Shown piece after piece: positions 9,551 to 19,519 of a DNA stretch of 64,000 nt. The stretch is from an uncultured Fidelibacterota bacterium. GTDB taxonomy: Bacteria; Fidelibacterota; Marinisomatia; Marinisomatales; Marinisomataceae. Made by a program: the position numbers and the translations under genes. The first letter of the stretch is position 1, and each line of letters begins with the position of its first letter. The DNA is taken from contig CACBFQ010000002.1 of the NCBI GenBank assembly GCA_902538565.1, positions 374,740 to 438,739 on the forward strand, written 5' to 3'. The notes beneath the pieces were generated by a model. That model saw only the letters and a program-made list of their open reading frames with translations, was not told the DNA's origin and ran no database searches.

Positions 9551-10258
9551 TTAATTTTCTGATTTGAAAAGAAATCTACTACAGTTGCCACAAAAAACGA
9601 TATTTTGAGACAATGCCTCGTTGATGCTTTGTGGAGGAACCATTGCACCGCACCCCTCACAGCTATTATCTAAAATTTCAGCTACCACTAAACCCTTTCT
9701 AGCTTCATAGATCTCAGCATATTTTGACATTGTATCAGAATCAATATTTTGAGCAACCGAATCTCTTTCAGACTTTAATGCATTTTGTTCTTCTGACACC
9801 TCTTGCATTTTAGCATTTAAAGAATCTTTTTTAGTATTGAGCTCTGAAATAATGCCATCAAGGGAAGATTTATCTTCTTCAATTTCTTTTGATAGCTCTT
9901 CTTTTTTACTCATAAGCTCAATAAGCTCATTTTCTTTTTCGGACAAAAGATTCTTCTCAAAATCTATAGTTTCCATCATAGCATCATATTCTTTGTTGGT
10001 ACTTATTGAGCCATCAATAAGTTTATCTTTTAAAGAATTAATTTTTGCAGAAGTTGTTTCTACTAAAGTTTCATTGGTGCTAATTAAAACAGATGTTTCT
10101 CTTAATTCATTTTCTTTATTCTGAAGTGATGTTTTAACACCATCTTCATTTTGAGTGAGCTCTTCAACCTTTGAGGGTAAATCCCCAAGTAATTTTTCAA
10201 TCTCAAATAATTTATTATCAACTTCTTGCAATAAGATTATTTGATTAATTAAACTCAT
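9551..10258 (-). CDS. Coiled-coil protein with C4-type zinc ribbon (DUF164-like)
   Basis: Long coiled coil followed by CEGC...CGNC. A position upstream of rnpB is a known arrangement for this family. Confidence 0.85.
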   Translation of the reverse strand: MSLINQIILLQEVDNKLFEIEKLLGDLPSKVEELTQNEDGVKTSLQNKENELRETSVLISTNETLVETTSAKINSLKDKLIDGSISTNKEYDAMMETIDFEKNLLSEKENELIELMSKKEELSKEIEEDKSSLDGIISELNTKKDSLNAKMQEVSEEQNALKSERDSVAQNIDSDTMSKYAEIYEARKGLVVAEILDNSCEGCGAMVPPQSINEALSQNIVFCGNCSRFLFKSEN

Positions 10259-10361
10259 TAAATAGGATTTCCTAGATTTGCCTTCATTTCGAGACGAATA
10301 TATTCTAATTACACAATAAAAAAAACATTTATTATCAGTTTAAATAATTATATTATTTCAC

Positions 10362-10712
10362 GTGTCAAATTTTGAAAAATTAAAGACGTTTGAGCCTCTA
10401 CCATCTAGTCTAACAATTAAAAGTTCTCCTATTCATGGATTGGGTCTTTTTGCAATAACTGAAATATCATCAGACACTGAACTTGGAATATCACACGTAA
10501 AAGATGATAGATTTTCTCACGGATATATCAGAACTCCTCTAGGGGGATTTTTTAATCATTCAAAAAAGCCAAACTGTAAAGCAGTGTATGATGGAGATTT
10601 TATTAAAATTATTACTTTATCAAACATAAATTCAGGTGATGAAATTACCGTTGATTACACAAAACATGATTGGATAAAAAAAACCGATGAAGAACTATTT
10701 ATTTACATCTGA
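10362..10712 (+). CDS. Stand-alone SET-domain protein (putative lysine methyltransferase)
   Basis: SPIHGLGLFA, FFNHSKKPNC (NHSxxPN) and GDEITVDY motifs; GTG start; no post-SET Cys cluster. Confidence 0.88.
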   Translation: MSNFEKLKTFEPLPSSLTIKSSPIHGLGLFAITEISSDTELGISHVKDDRFSHGYIRTPLGGFFNHSKKPNCKAVYDGDFIKIITLSNINSGDEITVDYTKHDWIKKTDEELFIYI

Positions 10713-11805
10713 ATCCGTCACAGAGGGGCATCCTGATAAAGTCGCCGATCTAATTTCAGATAATGTGGCAAATTATTTAATCGATCAAAATGAGAGTTAT
10801 AGAGCTGCTATCGAGACAATGGTTTCATCGAATATGGTAACCATTGCTGGAGAAGTTAAAACGAGCTTAATTGATAACACTGACTCAATTGAACAATTAG
10901 TTAGACAAACGGTCAAAGATATCGGTTATGAACAAGAAAACTTTCATTGGAATACATTATCTTTTAAAAACTTAATTCATAATCAAAGTATTGACATCGC
11001 AAAAGGAACTGATAACTTCGGAGCTGGTGATCAAGGAATGATGTTTGGATATGCTTGTAATGAAAATGATTCATTTATGCCAAGTGCAATTTACTATAGC
11101 CATAAAATTACGAAAGCACTCTCAATTGCAAGACGTAATGGAGAAAACTGGATGGGTCCAGATGGAAAAGCGCAAGTAACAATCGAATACAGCAATGTGA
11201 ACAAACCTATGAGAATATCAAACGTTATTTGCAGCACCCAACATAGTGAAGATTTAAAAGATAATCCTGCTGAAGTTCAAAAGAGAATAGAGCAAATTAT
11301 CAAGCCAGAATTGGGTGATATGTGTGATAATAATACTATCTTTAAAGTAAACCCAACTGGTAATTTTGTAACAGGTGGACCAGATGGTGATACTGGAGTT
11401 ACAGGAAGAAAAATCATTGTAGATACATACGGTGGCTATGCACCTCACGGTGGAGGAGCCTTTAGTGGAAAAGACTGCACAAAAGTCGATAGAAGTGGCG
11501 CATACATGGCACGATATCTAGCTAAAAATATTGTAGCTTCAGGAGTTTCACAAAATGCTACTATTCAACTTAGTTACGCTATAGGTGTTAAAGAGCCTGT
11601 ATCACTTTATGTCTATTGTGACGGTAAAGTTAGGAATGATATATCAGATTGGATTTATCAAAATATTGATTTGACACCTTTAGGTATCATTAGAAAATTT
11701 AATCTATTTAAATTAGACCTAACTGAAACTACAAATTATGGTCATTTTGGTAAAAACCATCTTGCTTGGGAAAATACTGATATGGCAAATCAATTAAACT
11801 TTTAA
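10687..11805 (+). CDS. metK: S-adenosylmethionine synthetase
   Basis: [40 protein letters not shown] and GGGAFSGKD. Confidence 0.98.
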   Translation: MKNYLFTSESVTEGHPDKVADLISDNVANYLIDQNESYRAAIETMVSSNMVTIAGEVKTSLIDNTDSIEQLVRQTVKDIGYEQENFHWNTLSFKNLIHNQSIDIAKGTDNFGAGDQGMMFGYACNENDSFMPSAIYYSHKITKALSIARRNGENWMGPDGKAQVTIEYSNVNKPMRISNVICSTQHSEDLKDNPAEVQKRIEQIIKPELGDMCDNNTIFKVNPTGNFVTGGPDGDTGVTGRKIIVDTYGGYAPHGGGAFSGKDCTKVDRSGAYMARYLAKNIVASGVSQNATIQLSYAIGVKEPVSLYVYCDGKVRNDISDWIYQNIDLTPLGIIRKFNLFKLDLTETTNYGHFGKNHLAWENTDMANQLNF

Positions 11806-11813
11806 GAGGAAAA

Positions 11814-13301
11814 ATGAGATTACAAACAACTGAAACGAACAAATTAACTAGAACAAAAAATAAAGTGATAAATCAATCCAAAAAAATTGTTGAGTCTTTA
11901 CCATATAAAATTAAAGACATTACATTAGCAAAATTAGGTAGAGATAAGATTGAGATTTCTGAAAAGGAAATGCCAGGCCTAATGGAATTAAGGAAAAAAT
12001 ATTCTAAATCTAAACCTCTCAATGGTTTTAGGCTTACAGGATCATTACATATGACTATAGAAACAGCAGTATTAATAGAAACCTTAAAAGATCTTGGTGC
12101 AGATATTAGATGGGCAAGTTGTAATATTTTTTCAACACAAGATGAAGCTGCAGCAGCAATTGCAAAAACTAAAACTCCAGTTTTTGCATGGAAAGGTGAA
12201 ACCCTTGAAGAATATTGGGATTGTACACTACAAGCTTTAACATTTAAAAATAATTTAGGCCCAAATCTTATTGTTGATGATGGTGGCGACGCTACACTGC
12301 TCATTCATAAAGGATATGAATTAGAAAATTATTATAAAAAACACAAAAAACTTCCAAAAATAACTTCTACAATTGAAGAAGAAATTGTTATTGAAAAACT
12401 TTTAAGAAAAGTACATAAAAAAAATCCAAATCATTGGCATAGTATTGTGCCTGATATCATAGGAGTTTCAGAAGAAACAACAACAGGTGTAGCGCGTTTA
12501 CAACAAATGATTGATGATGCAGTTTTACTCTTCCCTGCTTTTAATGTAAATGATTCAGCAACTAAATCTAAATTTGATAATTTGTATGGTTGTAGAGAAT
12601 CTCTAGCAGATGGTATTAAGCGTTCCACTGAGGTTATGCTCGCTGGAAAAACTGTAGTTGTGTGCGGATATGGTGATGTAGGTAAAGGATCTGCTCAATC
12701 TATGAAGTCTTATGGGTGTAAAGTGATTGTCACAGAAATTGATCCAATATGTGCACTTCAAGCAGCAATGGAAGGTTTTGAAGTAAGAAAATTAGAAGAT
12801 GTATTACATAGAGGTAATATTTTTGTAACAACAACTGGAAATAAAGATATTATAACCCTTAAACATATGAAAAAAATGAAAGATCAAGCAATTGTTTGTA
12901 ATATTGGTCATTTTGATAATGAAATTCAAGTTGATGCTTTAAATAATTCCAATGCAAAAAAAGAACAAATTAAGCCCCAGCTTGATAGATACACTTTTAA
13001 AAATGGGAAGCAAATTTTCATTCTTGCCGAAGGTCGTTTGGTAAATCTTGGGTGTGCAACTGGACATGCAAGTTTTGTAATGTCGACTTCATTTTCTAAC
13101 CAAGTATTGGCCCAGGTATTTTTAGCTAAAGAGAAACCAAAAACCGGGTTGTATGACTTACCAAGAAATCTCGATGAAGAAGTTGCAAAGTTGCACTTAA
13201 AGCATCTTGATGCGGATTTAACAAAATTAACAAAATCTCAAGCTGAATATATTGGTGTTAGTATAAATGGACCATTCAAAAAAGATGATTATAGGTATTA
13301 A
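11814..13301 (+). CDS. ahcY: Adenosylhomocysteinase (long form)
   Basis: [50 protein letters not shown] and NIGHFD. Confidence 0.98.
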   Translation: MRLQTTETNKLTRTKNKVINQSKKIVESLPYKIKDITLAKLGRDKIEISEKEMPGLMELRKKYSKSKPLNGFRLTGSLHMTIETAVLIETLKDLGADIRWASCNIFSTQDEAAAAIAKTKTPVFAWKGETLEEYWDCTLQALTFKNNLGPNLIVDDGGDATLLIHKGYELENYYKKHKKLPKITSTIEEEIVIEKLLRKVHKKNPNHWHSIVPDIIGVSEETTTGVARLQQMIDDAVLLFPAFNVNDSATKSKFDNLYGCRESLADGIKRSTEVMLAGKTVVVCGYGDVGKGSAQSMKSYGCKVIVTEIDPICALQAAMEGFEVRKLEDVLHRGNIFVTTTGNKDIITLKHMKKMKDQAIVCNIGHFDNEIQVDALNNSNAKKEQIKPQLDRYTFKNGKQIFILAEGRLVNLGCATGHASFVMSTSFSNQVLAQVFLAKEKPKTGLYDLPRNLDEEVAKLHLKHLDADLTKLTKSQAEYIGVSINGPFKKDDYRY

Positions 13302-14434
13302 TGTCTAAACAACCAGAATTTGATGTAGCAATAATTGGTGCTGGTGTTGTAGGATTATCAATTGCCCATTTTTTATCGAAAACCCAATTGAGTGTACTTG
13401 TTCTTGATTCTGAAGATAATTTTGGAAGAGTTACTTCAAGCAGAAACAGTGAAGTTATACATTCTGGAATCTTTAATCCTACTAATAGCTTAAAATATCA
13501 ATTATGCCGAAGAGGTAATGAGTTGATTTATAAATTTTGTGATGCAAATAAAATTTGGTATAAAAATTGCGGTAAAATTATTGTATCAAAAGAGGAAGAA
13601 ATTGACAATTTCAACACATTTACTGAAACACTATCAAGAAAAAAAATTGAATATGATATTTTAACATCTGATCAATCATCTAAAATGGAAAATCACATAA
13701 TTTCAGATAAGTCCATTTATATTGATTCTGCTGGGGTAATTGATTCACATGACTATATGAATCATTTATTTAGAATTGCATCAAATAATTGCACATTTAT
13801 TTTCGAGAGCAAGGCTAATGAAATAAAAAAAATGCATGATAGGTATCAATTAAGAATTCAAAGAAAAAATAAAGAAATTGAGACAATTAATGCTTCAAGT
13901 ATTATTAATTGCGCAGGACTAAATAGCTACAACATTGCAAAAAAAATAATGGATGAAAGTCTTGAACTACCAACCTTAAAATTTTTTAAAGGCTCCTACT
14001 TCGCTTTATCATCAAAATGGAGAAATAAATTTAATAGATTAGTTTACTCTCTTCCGCAACCAGATGACTCATTAGGAATTCATATAAGTTTTGATGCAAC
14101 AGGTAGGACAAAAATTGGTCCTGACTACGAGAAGATTGAAGAAAATAATTTTAATTATAATGTTAATGAACATGCTCACACAAAATTTTTTGACAGCGCA
14201 AAAAACTATATAAAAAATCTACAGTTTAATGATTTAACTCCTGATTATTCAGGTATAAGACCAAAACTTTTTTTTACAAGTGATAATTATTCGGAGTTTT
14301 ATATAAAGAATGAAAGCAAGAATGGTTTTCCAAATTTAATTAATTTGATAGGTATTGACTCTCCAGGTCTTACTGCTTCATTAGCTATTGGAGAATTGGT
14401 TTTTGAAACTATGATTCCGAAAATGAATCTTTAA
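13301..14434 (+). CDS. FAD-dependent oxidoreductase, L-2-hydroxyglutarate oxidase (LhgO)-like
   Basis: IIGAGVVG, TSSRNSEVIHSGI, YSGIRPKL and GIDSPGLTASLAIG. Confidence 0.8.
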   Translation: MSKQPEFDVAIIGAGVVGLSIAHFLSKTQLSVLVLDSEDNFGRVTSSRNSEVIHSGIFNPTNSLKYQLCRRGNELIYKFCDANKIWYKNCGKIIVSKEEEIDNFNTFTETLSRKKIEYDILTSDQSSKMENHIISDKSIYIDSAGVIDSHDYMNHLFRIASNNCTFIFESKANEIKKMHDRYQLRIQRKNKEIETINASSIINCAGLNSYNIAKKIMDESLELPTLKFFKGSYFALSSKWRNKFNRLVYSLPQPDDSLGIHISFDATGRTKIGPDYEKIEENNFNYNVNEHAHTKFFDSAKNYIKNLQFNDLTPDYSGIRPKLFFTSDNYSEFYIKNESKNGFPNLINLIGIDSPGLTASLAIGELVFETMIPKMNL

Positions 14435-16220
14435 GTTGTGAAAAGTTTGAATATATTTTGTCATCATAATCTAATAATGAATCATCTTCATTAATTTTTT
14501 CAATCATTTCGTTGAGACCCATTTCAATATCATATTTTTTTTCAAATCCTAGTTGTGTTGTAATTTTATTAAATGAAACTTTATAATTTCTTTTATCAAC
14601 ATCCTCATCAACTGTATTATATTCAGAATCAGGAAATTTTGCTGATATTTTATCTCCAATTTGATCAATAGTAAAATTCATATCATCTGAACCAACATTA
14701 AATATTTGCTTGTGAGTAACTTTTCTTTCTGATTCAATAGCCAGTTTAAATGCTCTTGCTACATCATAACAGTGAACAAATGGCCTCCATTGATCGCCTC
14801 CAAAAACACTAAATTTCTTATCTTTTAAAGCTCTAATTAAGAGGGTATTTACAACTAAATCATATCTCATTCTCGGTGAAAAACCAAATACTGTTGAAAG
14901 CCTTAATATTGTAGGACTAGTAATTTTACTATTATCTAAAATATAGTTTTCTGAATATATTCTAGTCCTCGCATATAAAGACACAGGATTTAATGGAGAG
15001 TCTTCTTTTAAATATCCTGACGTGCTTGCTCCATAAACACTACAACTTGATGCAAAAATTAATTTTTCAACCTCATAAAAATTACATATTTCTGTTAAAA
15101 TTTTTGAACTTTCATAATTTAGATTAAGTGTTTCCTCAGCATCTATACTGCTAGCTGGGTCTCCAACAATAGCTGCAAGTGCAACCACATATCTATTATT
15201 TTTAACTGCTTTTACTAAATCTTTAATATTTGCAACATCACCTTCGATTATAGTTAATTTCGGATGATTTATTATTTGGTTAATAGAACTTTTACCAAAT
15301 GTAAAATTATCTAAAATTGTTACATTATAGTCATCATCTAAAAGCATTTGAACTAAATGAATACCAATATATCCAGCTCCGCCAGTAACTAATATATTTT
15401 TTGACTTTTCAGAATCTACTTTATGTAATAGCGTATCTTCAATTTCCCTTACTTGATCCATACTTGAAAGAGACAAGGGGATATCTTGTTTTAAAGAATG
15501 TTCAATAGTCAAAAATGAGACACTTAAATTAATAACTTCTCTCAAAAAACTCTTTTTCAAGAAAAGATTGTCATCAAAAACTCCAGAATATATTACAATC
15601 TCAATATCTTTTTCTTTGATAATTTTTTTTAGATCAGCTGTAGTACCAATTACGTTGTAATTAAAAATCTTTTTTCCTTTATCATACTTGTCATCCAAAA
15701 TTCCAATAATGTTATATGAATTTCTATTATGAGGATTTTTTAAAAACTCATTAGTTTTTTTATTGATACCCACAATAATAGTCTTCTTGGTTCCTAATAA
15801 AATATCTTCTCTTTCTTTAATAAATCTTCTTAAAAGCCTTACACTTGCTGCAAAAAAACTGAATAGAAGATAAAAAAGGATTAATGCTTTGTAATTAATC
15901 TCTAAGCTAAAGACAAAAGAAAAAATGGTTAAAATTAGAAAAGATATAAAAACATTTGATGCTAACCTGAAAACTTCACTTAAACTTGCATATGCCCAAA
16001 TTGAAGCATAATTCTTTGTTATATATGAGGAAATGATATAACCCAAAACAAAAAGGCTAAACATAGAGATAATATCAATAGAATTGTTTCCAATGAATTT
16101 AAAACTATATAAGAAAGCGTAAGAAATTATTAGCGAAAATAAAGAAATTGCAATATCAATTAAAAATTTAATAATTGGCTTTATTTTTTCATTCATATTT
16201 TCAATTCTCATCTTTGACAT
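14409..16220 (-). CDS. Fusion of a CapD/PglF-type membrane plus Rossmann N-terminal region with an NAD-dependent epimerase/dehydratase (extended SDR)
   Basis: About 4 TM helices, KKTIIVG..IIGILDD, then ILVTGGAGYIG, LAAIVGDP, FASSCSVYG, YARTR and RYDLVVN. Confidence 0.8.
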   Translation of the reverse strand: MSKMRIENMNEKIKPIIKFLIDIAISLFSLIISYAFLYSFKFIGNNSIDIISMFSLFVLGYIISSYITKNYASIWAYASLSEVFRLASNVFISFLILTIFSFVFSLEINYKALILFYLLFSFFAASVRLLRRFIKEREDILLGTKKTIIVGINKKTNEFLKNPHNRNSYNIIGILDDKYDKGKKIFNYNVIGTTADLKKIIKEKDIEIVIYSGVFDDNLFLKKSFLREVINLSVSFLTIEHSLKQDIPLSLSSMDQVREIEDTLLHKVDSEKSKNILVTGGAGYIGIHLVQMLLDDDYNVTILDNFTFGKSSINQIINHPKLTIIEGDVANIKDLVKAVKNNRYVVALAAIVGDPASSIDAEETLNLNYESSKILTEICNFYEVEKLIFASSCSVYGASTSGYLKEDSPLNPVSLYARTRIYSENYILDNSKITSPTILRLSTVFGFSPRMRYDLVVNTLLIRALKDKKFSVFGGDQWRPFVHCYDVARAFKLAIESERKVTHKQIFNVGSDDMNFTIDQIGDKISAKFPDSEYNTVDEDVDKRNYKVSFNKITTQLGFEKKYDIEMGLNEMIEKINEDDSLLDYDDKIYSNFSQLKDSFSES

Positions 16221-17368
16221 TGTTTAATAATTTTTTCTGTTTTATCGCAAATTTCATAAATGTCATCTTCATTGATAGTTGGATGAACAAGAAACATTAG
16301 GGATGTTTCACCAAGCTCTTTAGCAACTTTTAATAAAGGTTTCTGATCAGAAAATACTTTGTCAAATGCTTTTTCTTTATAAATCTCACTACAACTTCCA
16401 CTATAACAAGCAATTCCCTCATCATTTAGTGAATTCATAATGAAATCTCTATCTTTATCTGATTTCAACTTTTCAGGTTCAGTAAAAACATAATATTTAT
16501 AATATGCGTGCTTTATATGCGATGGCGGTAAAGTAATTCTTAATCCATTTAAATGTTTAAAAGCGTCATTAAAAATATTAGATAAGTGAGTCCTTCTATC
16601 AATCCATGAATTTAATTTTTTAAGTTGAAGACGTCCAATTCCTGACTGAATTTCTGTCATCCTAGCATTTGTACCATGATCTTCATGTAACCATCTAAAA
16701 CCAGGAGGATGATCTTTATTATAAACTGTATCATAATTTTTACCATGATCCTTGAAGGACCATACAGCTGACCAATAGTTTTTATTATTTGTAGTAACCA
16801 TCCCTCCCTCGCCTGCAGTTGTCATTATTTTATCCTGACAAAAAGACCATGCATTTACATCTCCAAATGATCCAACAGACTGACCTTTATATTTAGCACC
16901 ATGAGCTTGAGCACAATCCTCAATTAAAAATAAATTATGTAAACTACAAATTTCTTGAATTTTATCCATTTCGCATGGCCAACCAGCTAAATGAATTGCC
17001 ATAATTGCTTTTGTTTTAGGTGTAATTGCAGCTTCAATTAATTTTGGGTCCATGTTTTGAGTGTTTCTATCAATATCGATAAAAACTGGTTTTGCTCCAA
17101 GATGCATTATACTAAAAGCGCTCGCAACAAAAGTTCTTGGGCTCATTATAACTTCATCGCCTTTAGAAATTCCAAGTGCATGCGCTGCAAGGATTAATGC
17201 ATTTGTTCCATTATCTACCGCAACAGAATGATTAACACCAACATACTCAGAAAATTCTTTTTCAAATTCTCTACCTTCATTCCCGGTCCAATAGTTGATT
17301 TTCCCAGAGCGCAAAATCTCTTCAGCTTTTTTAATATCGTCGCTTTCGAAATATGGCCAACTATTCAT
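16208..17368 (-). CDS. DegT/DnrJ/EryC1/StrS family NDP-sugar aminotransferase
   Basis: NGTNAL, IEDCAQAHGA and WSFCQDKIMTTAGEGG (PLP lysine). Confidence 0.92.
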   Translation of the reverse strand: MNSWPYFESDDIKKAEEILRSGKINYWTGNEGREFEKEFSEYVGVNHSVAVDNGTNALILAAHALGISKGDEVIMSPRTFVASAFSIMHLGAKPVFIDIDRNTQNMDPKLIEAAITPKTKAIMAIHLAGWPCEMDKIQEICSLHNLFLIEDCAQAHGAKYKGQSVGSFGDVNAWSFCQDKIMTTAGEGGMVTTNNKNYWSAVWSFKDHGKNYDTVYNKDHPPGFRWLHEDHGTNARMTEIQSGIGRLQLKKLNSWIDRRTHLSNIFNDAFKHLNGLRITLPPSHIKHAYYKYYVFTEPEKLKSDKDRDFIMNSLNDEGIACYSGSCSEIYKEKAFDKVFSDQKPLLKVAKELGETSLMFLVHPTINEDDIYEICDKTEKIIKQCQR

Positions 17369-17780
17369 ATAATTCCTTGATTAGTTTAGCAGGAGACCCA
17401 GCAAAAAAAGAATTCTTTGGTATATCGCAAGTGACAAAACTATTAGCACCTACAATTGAATTTTCACCAATTTTTATACCTGGCATTATTGTGGTATGTG
17501 AACCAATTCGAACATTACGACCTATATAAACCTTGCCTTTTTTTTGGTCAATAGAAGAATAAGAATAAACTGAACAATGAGAACCAAACTGTGCATATTC
17601 TTCAATTTCTATTTCATATAAAGCATTTAAATATGAAAATGCGCCAATATCAGTAAATTTTCCTAATTTTAAATTTTTAGGATGATGAACCATCCATCCG
17701 TACTTGGTAGGCTTTCCATGTTGTATCTTAGGAAGAGCCCAATCAGAAAATCTTTTTTTATCCGGTTTTATTACCTTCAC
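17361..17780 (-). CDS. Hexapeptide-repeat (left-handed beta-helix) O/N-acyltransferase
   Basis: VYIGRNVRIGSHTTIMPGIKIGENSIVGANSFVTCDIP..AGSPAK; GTG start. Confidence 0.88.
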   Translation of the reverse strand: MKVIKPDKKRFSDWALPKIQHGKPTKYGWMVHHPKNLKLGKFTDIGAFSYLNALYEIEIEEYAQFGSHCSVYSYSSIDQKKGKVYIGRNVRIGSHTTIMPGIKIGENSIVGANSFVTCDIPKNSFFAGSPAKLIKELYE

Positions 17781-18377
17781 TTATCCTCGAAATTTAAAGT
17801 CTTTATCAAATCCGTCAAAATTTACATCTTTATTTTGAAAAACCTTTATTATAGTTTTTAATATAATCTTTATATCAAGTACAGTATTTGCATTTTTGAT
17901 ATACCATAAGTCTAAATTGAATTTTTCTTCCCAGGTTAAATTATTTCTCCCATTTATTTGAGACCAACCGGTAATTCCTGGCTTGACTGTAAACCTTAAC
18001 TTTTGCTCCTTATTATATAAAGACTTGTATTCATATAACAAAGGTCTGGGGCCAACAAAGCTCATGTCTCTTTTTAATACGTTTATTAGTGACGGCAATT
18101 CGTCTAAGCTGTATTTGCGCAAAAATAATCCAAATCTAGTTGTCCTTTTCTTATCATCATTTAGTGATAACTTGTTCATATCTCCGGCTATCATTGTTCT
18201 AAATTTAATTATATAAAATGCCTTTTGATTAAATCCTCCTCTCTTTTGAAAAAAAAAGATTGGCCATCCATCTATGGCTAAAATTATAAATGATATAAAA
18301 ATTATAATTGGTGAAAAAATAACTAAAAGAATTAAAGATAGAGTGATATCAAAAAAAGATTTAGAAATATTATACAT
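17781..18377 (-). CDS. Initiating phosphoglycosyl transferase (PglC/WcaJ small form)
   Basis: FFQKRGG, IIKFRTM, SLDELPSLINVLKRDMSFVGPRP, VKPGITGWSQINGRN and LDLWYI. ATG 18377 preferred over TTG 18395. Confidence 0.92.
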   Translation of the reverse strand: MYNISKSFFDITLSLILLVIFSPIIIFISFIILAIDGWPIFFFQKRGGFNQKAFYIIKFRTMIAGDMNKLSLNDDKKRTTRFGLFLRKYSLDELPSLINVLKRDMSFVGPRPLLYEYKSLYNKEQKLRFTVKPGITGWSQINGRNNLTWEEKFNLDLWYIKNANTVLDIKIILKTIIKVFQNKDVNFDGFDKDFKFRG

Positions 18378-18424
18378 TAGTTTAATTTGTGACAATATTA
18401 TTAATAAATAAATATATTTATTCT

Positions 18425-19519
18425 ATGATTATACTATTTTCAGCTAACTCATTTGAACACCTATATAAATTAAGAATTAAAATCTTAAAAAATTTTCAAA
18501 AACAAGGGTTTGAAGTTTATGCTGTTGCAAAAGATGATGAATTCAAAACAAAAATTACTGAACTTGGCATTAAAGTTATCACAATAAATATTAATCCTCA
18601 TAGTAAGAACTTTCTAAAAGATATAGGCTTGTTAGTTTGTTATTACAAAATTTTTAAAAAAATAAAGCCTGACATACTTTATAATTCAACTATAAAACCA
18701 AATATTTATGGTAGTATGGTTTCAGGATTACTAAAAATTAAAACAATAAATAATATTTCAGGATTAGGCACTGGATTTTTAAAATCAAAACTTCTAAAAA
18801 GATTAATAATTATTTTATATAGATTTTCTAATAAAAACGTTTACAAAATCTATTTTCAAAATAAAGAAGATATGATTTTTTTTGAAAAAGAAAAAATTTC
18901 TAAAAAAAATCAACAAACTTTAATTCCAGGATCTGGAGTTGATACCAATTTTTTCAAAAGAAAAACAGAATTTTCCCCAAACAAAAAAACAAATTTTATT
19001 TTTATTGGAAGAATTCTAAAAGAAAAAGGAATTTTAGAACTTATTAGCGCCTTCAATAAATTTCAAAAAAACAATCCTTCCAAATTAACAATAATTGGGA
19101 GTTACGATCCAGAAAATCCATCAAGTGTAAATATTAAAAAATTTATCGACGACGTCGACTTAGATCAGTCAATAAAATATTTAGGTGTTAAAAAAAATAT
19201 TATTGACTATCTAGAAAATTCAGATTGCTTAATTTTACCTTCATATAGAGAGGGCTTATCAAATGTTTTACTTGAAGCAATGAGCATGAAACTACCTGTT
19301 CTAGCTTCAAATGTACCTGGATGTAAAGACCTGATTATTAATAACAATGGATTTTTGTTTGAACCAAAAAGTGTAGAATCTATTTATAATGCATTGAAAA
19401 AATTTGCTTCTCTTTCGAAGAGAGAAATTATAGATATGGGCAAAAATGGAAGGGAGTTGGTAGAAAAAAAATATGATGTTAGATTATTATTAAAAATATA
19501 CCAAAACGATATTATTTAG
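18425..19519 (+). CDS. GT4 glycosyltransferase (PglA/CapM-like)
   Basis: TIKPNIYG, ISGLG, IPGSGVD, FIGRILKEKG and LPSYREGLSNVLLEAMS. Start moved to ATG 18425. Confidence 0.9.
   Translation: MIILFSANSFEHLYKLRIKILKNFQKQGFEVYAVAKDDEFKTKITELGIKVITININPHSKNFLKDIGLLVCYYKIFKKIKPDILYNSTIKPNIYGSMVSGLLKIKTINNISGLGTGFLKSKLLKRLIIILYRFSNKNVYKIYFQNKEDMIFFEKEKISKKNQQTLIPGSGVDTNFFKRKTEFSPNKKTNFIFIGRILKEKGILELISAFNKFQKNNPSKLTIIGSYDPENPSSVNIKKFIDDVDLDQSIKYLGVKKNIIDYLENSDCLILPSYREGLSNVLLEAMSMKLPVLASNVPGCKDLIINNNGFLFEPKSVESIYNALKKFASLSKREIIDMGKNGRELVEKKYDVRLLLKIYQNDII

Noticed and set aside
10259-10361. Possible riboswitch upstream of the SET-metK operon or the Zn-ribbon gene (small TAGG-ATTT-CCTA hairpin; GGCAAA on the minus strand)
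   Set aside because: It lacks the conserved cores of SAM-I/II/V riboswitches and the GACGCAAAGC of c-di-GMP-I. A cmscan would settle it.
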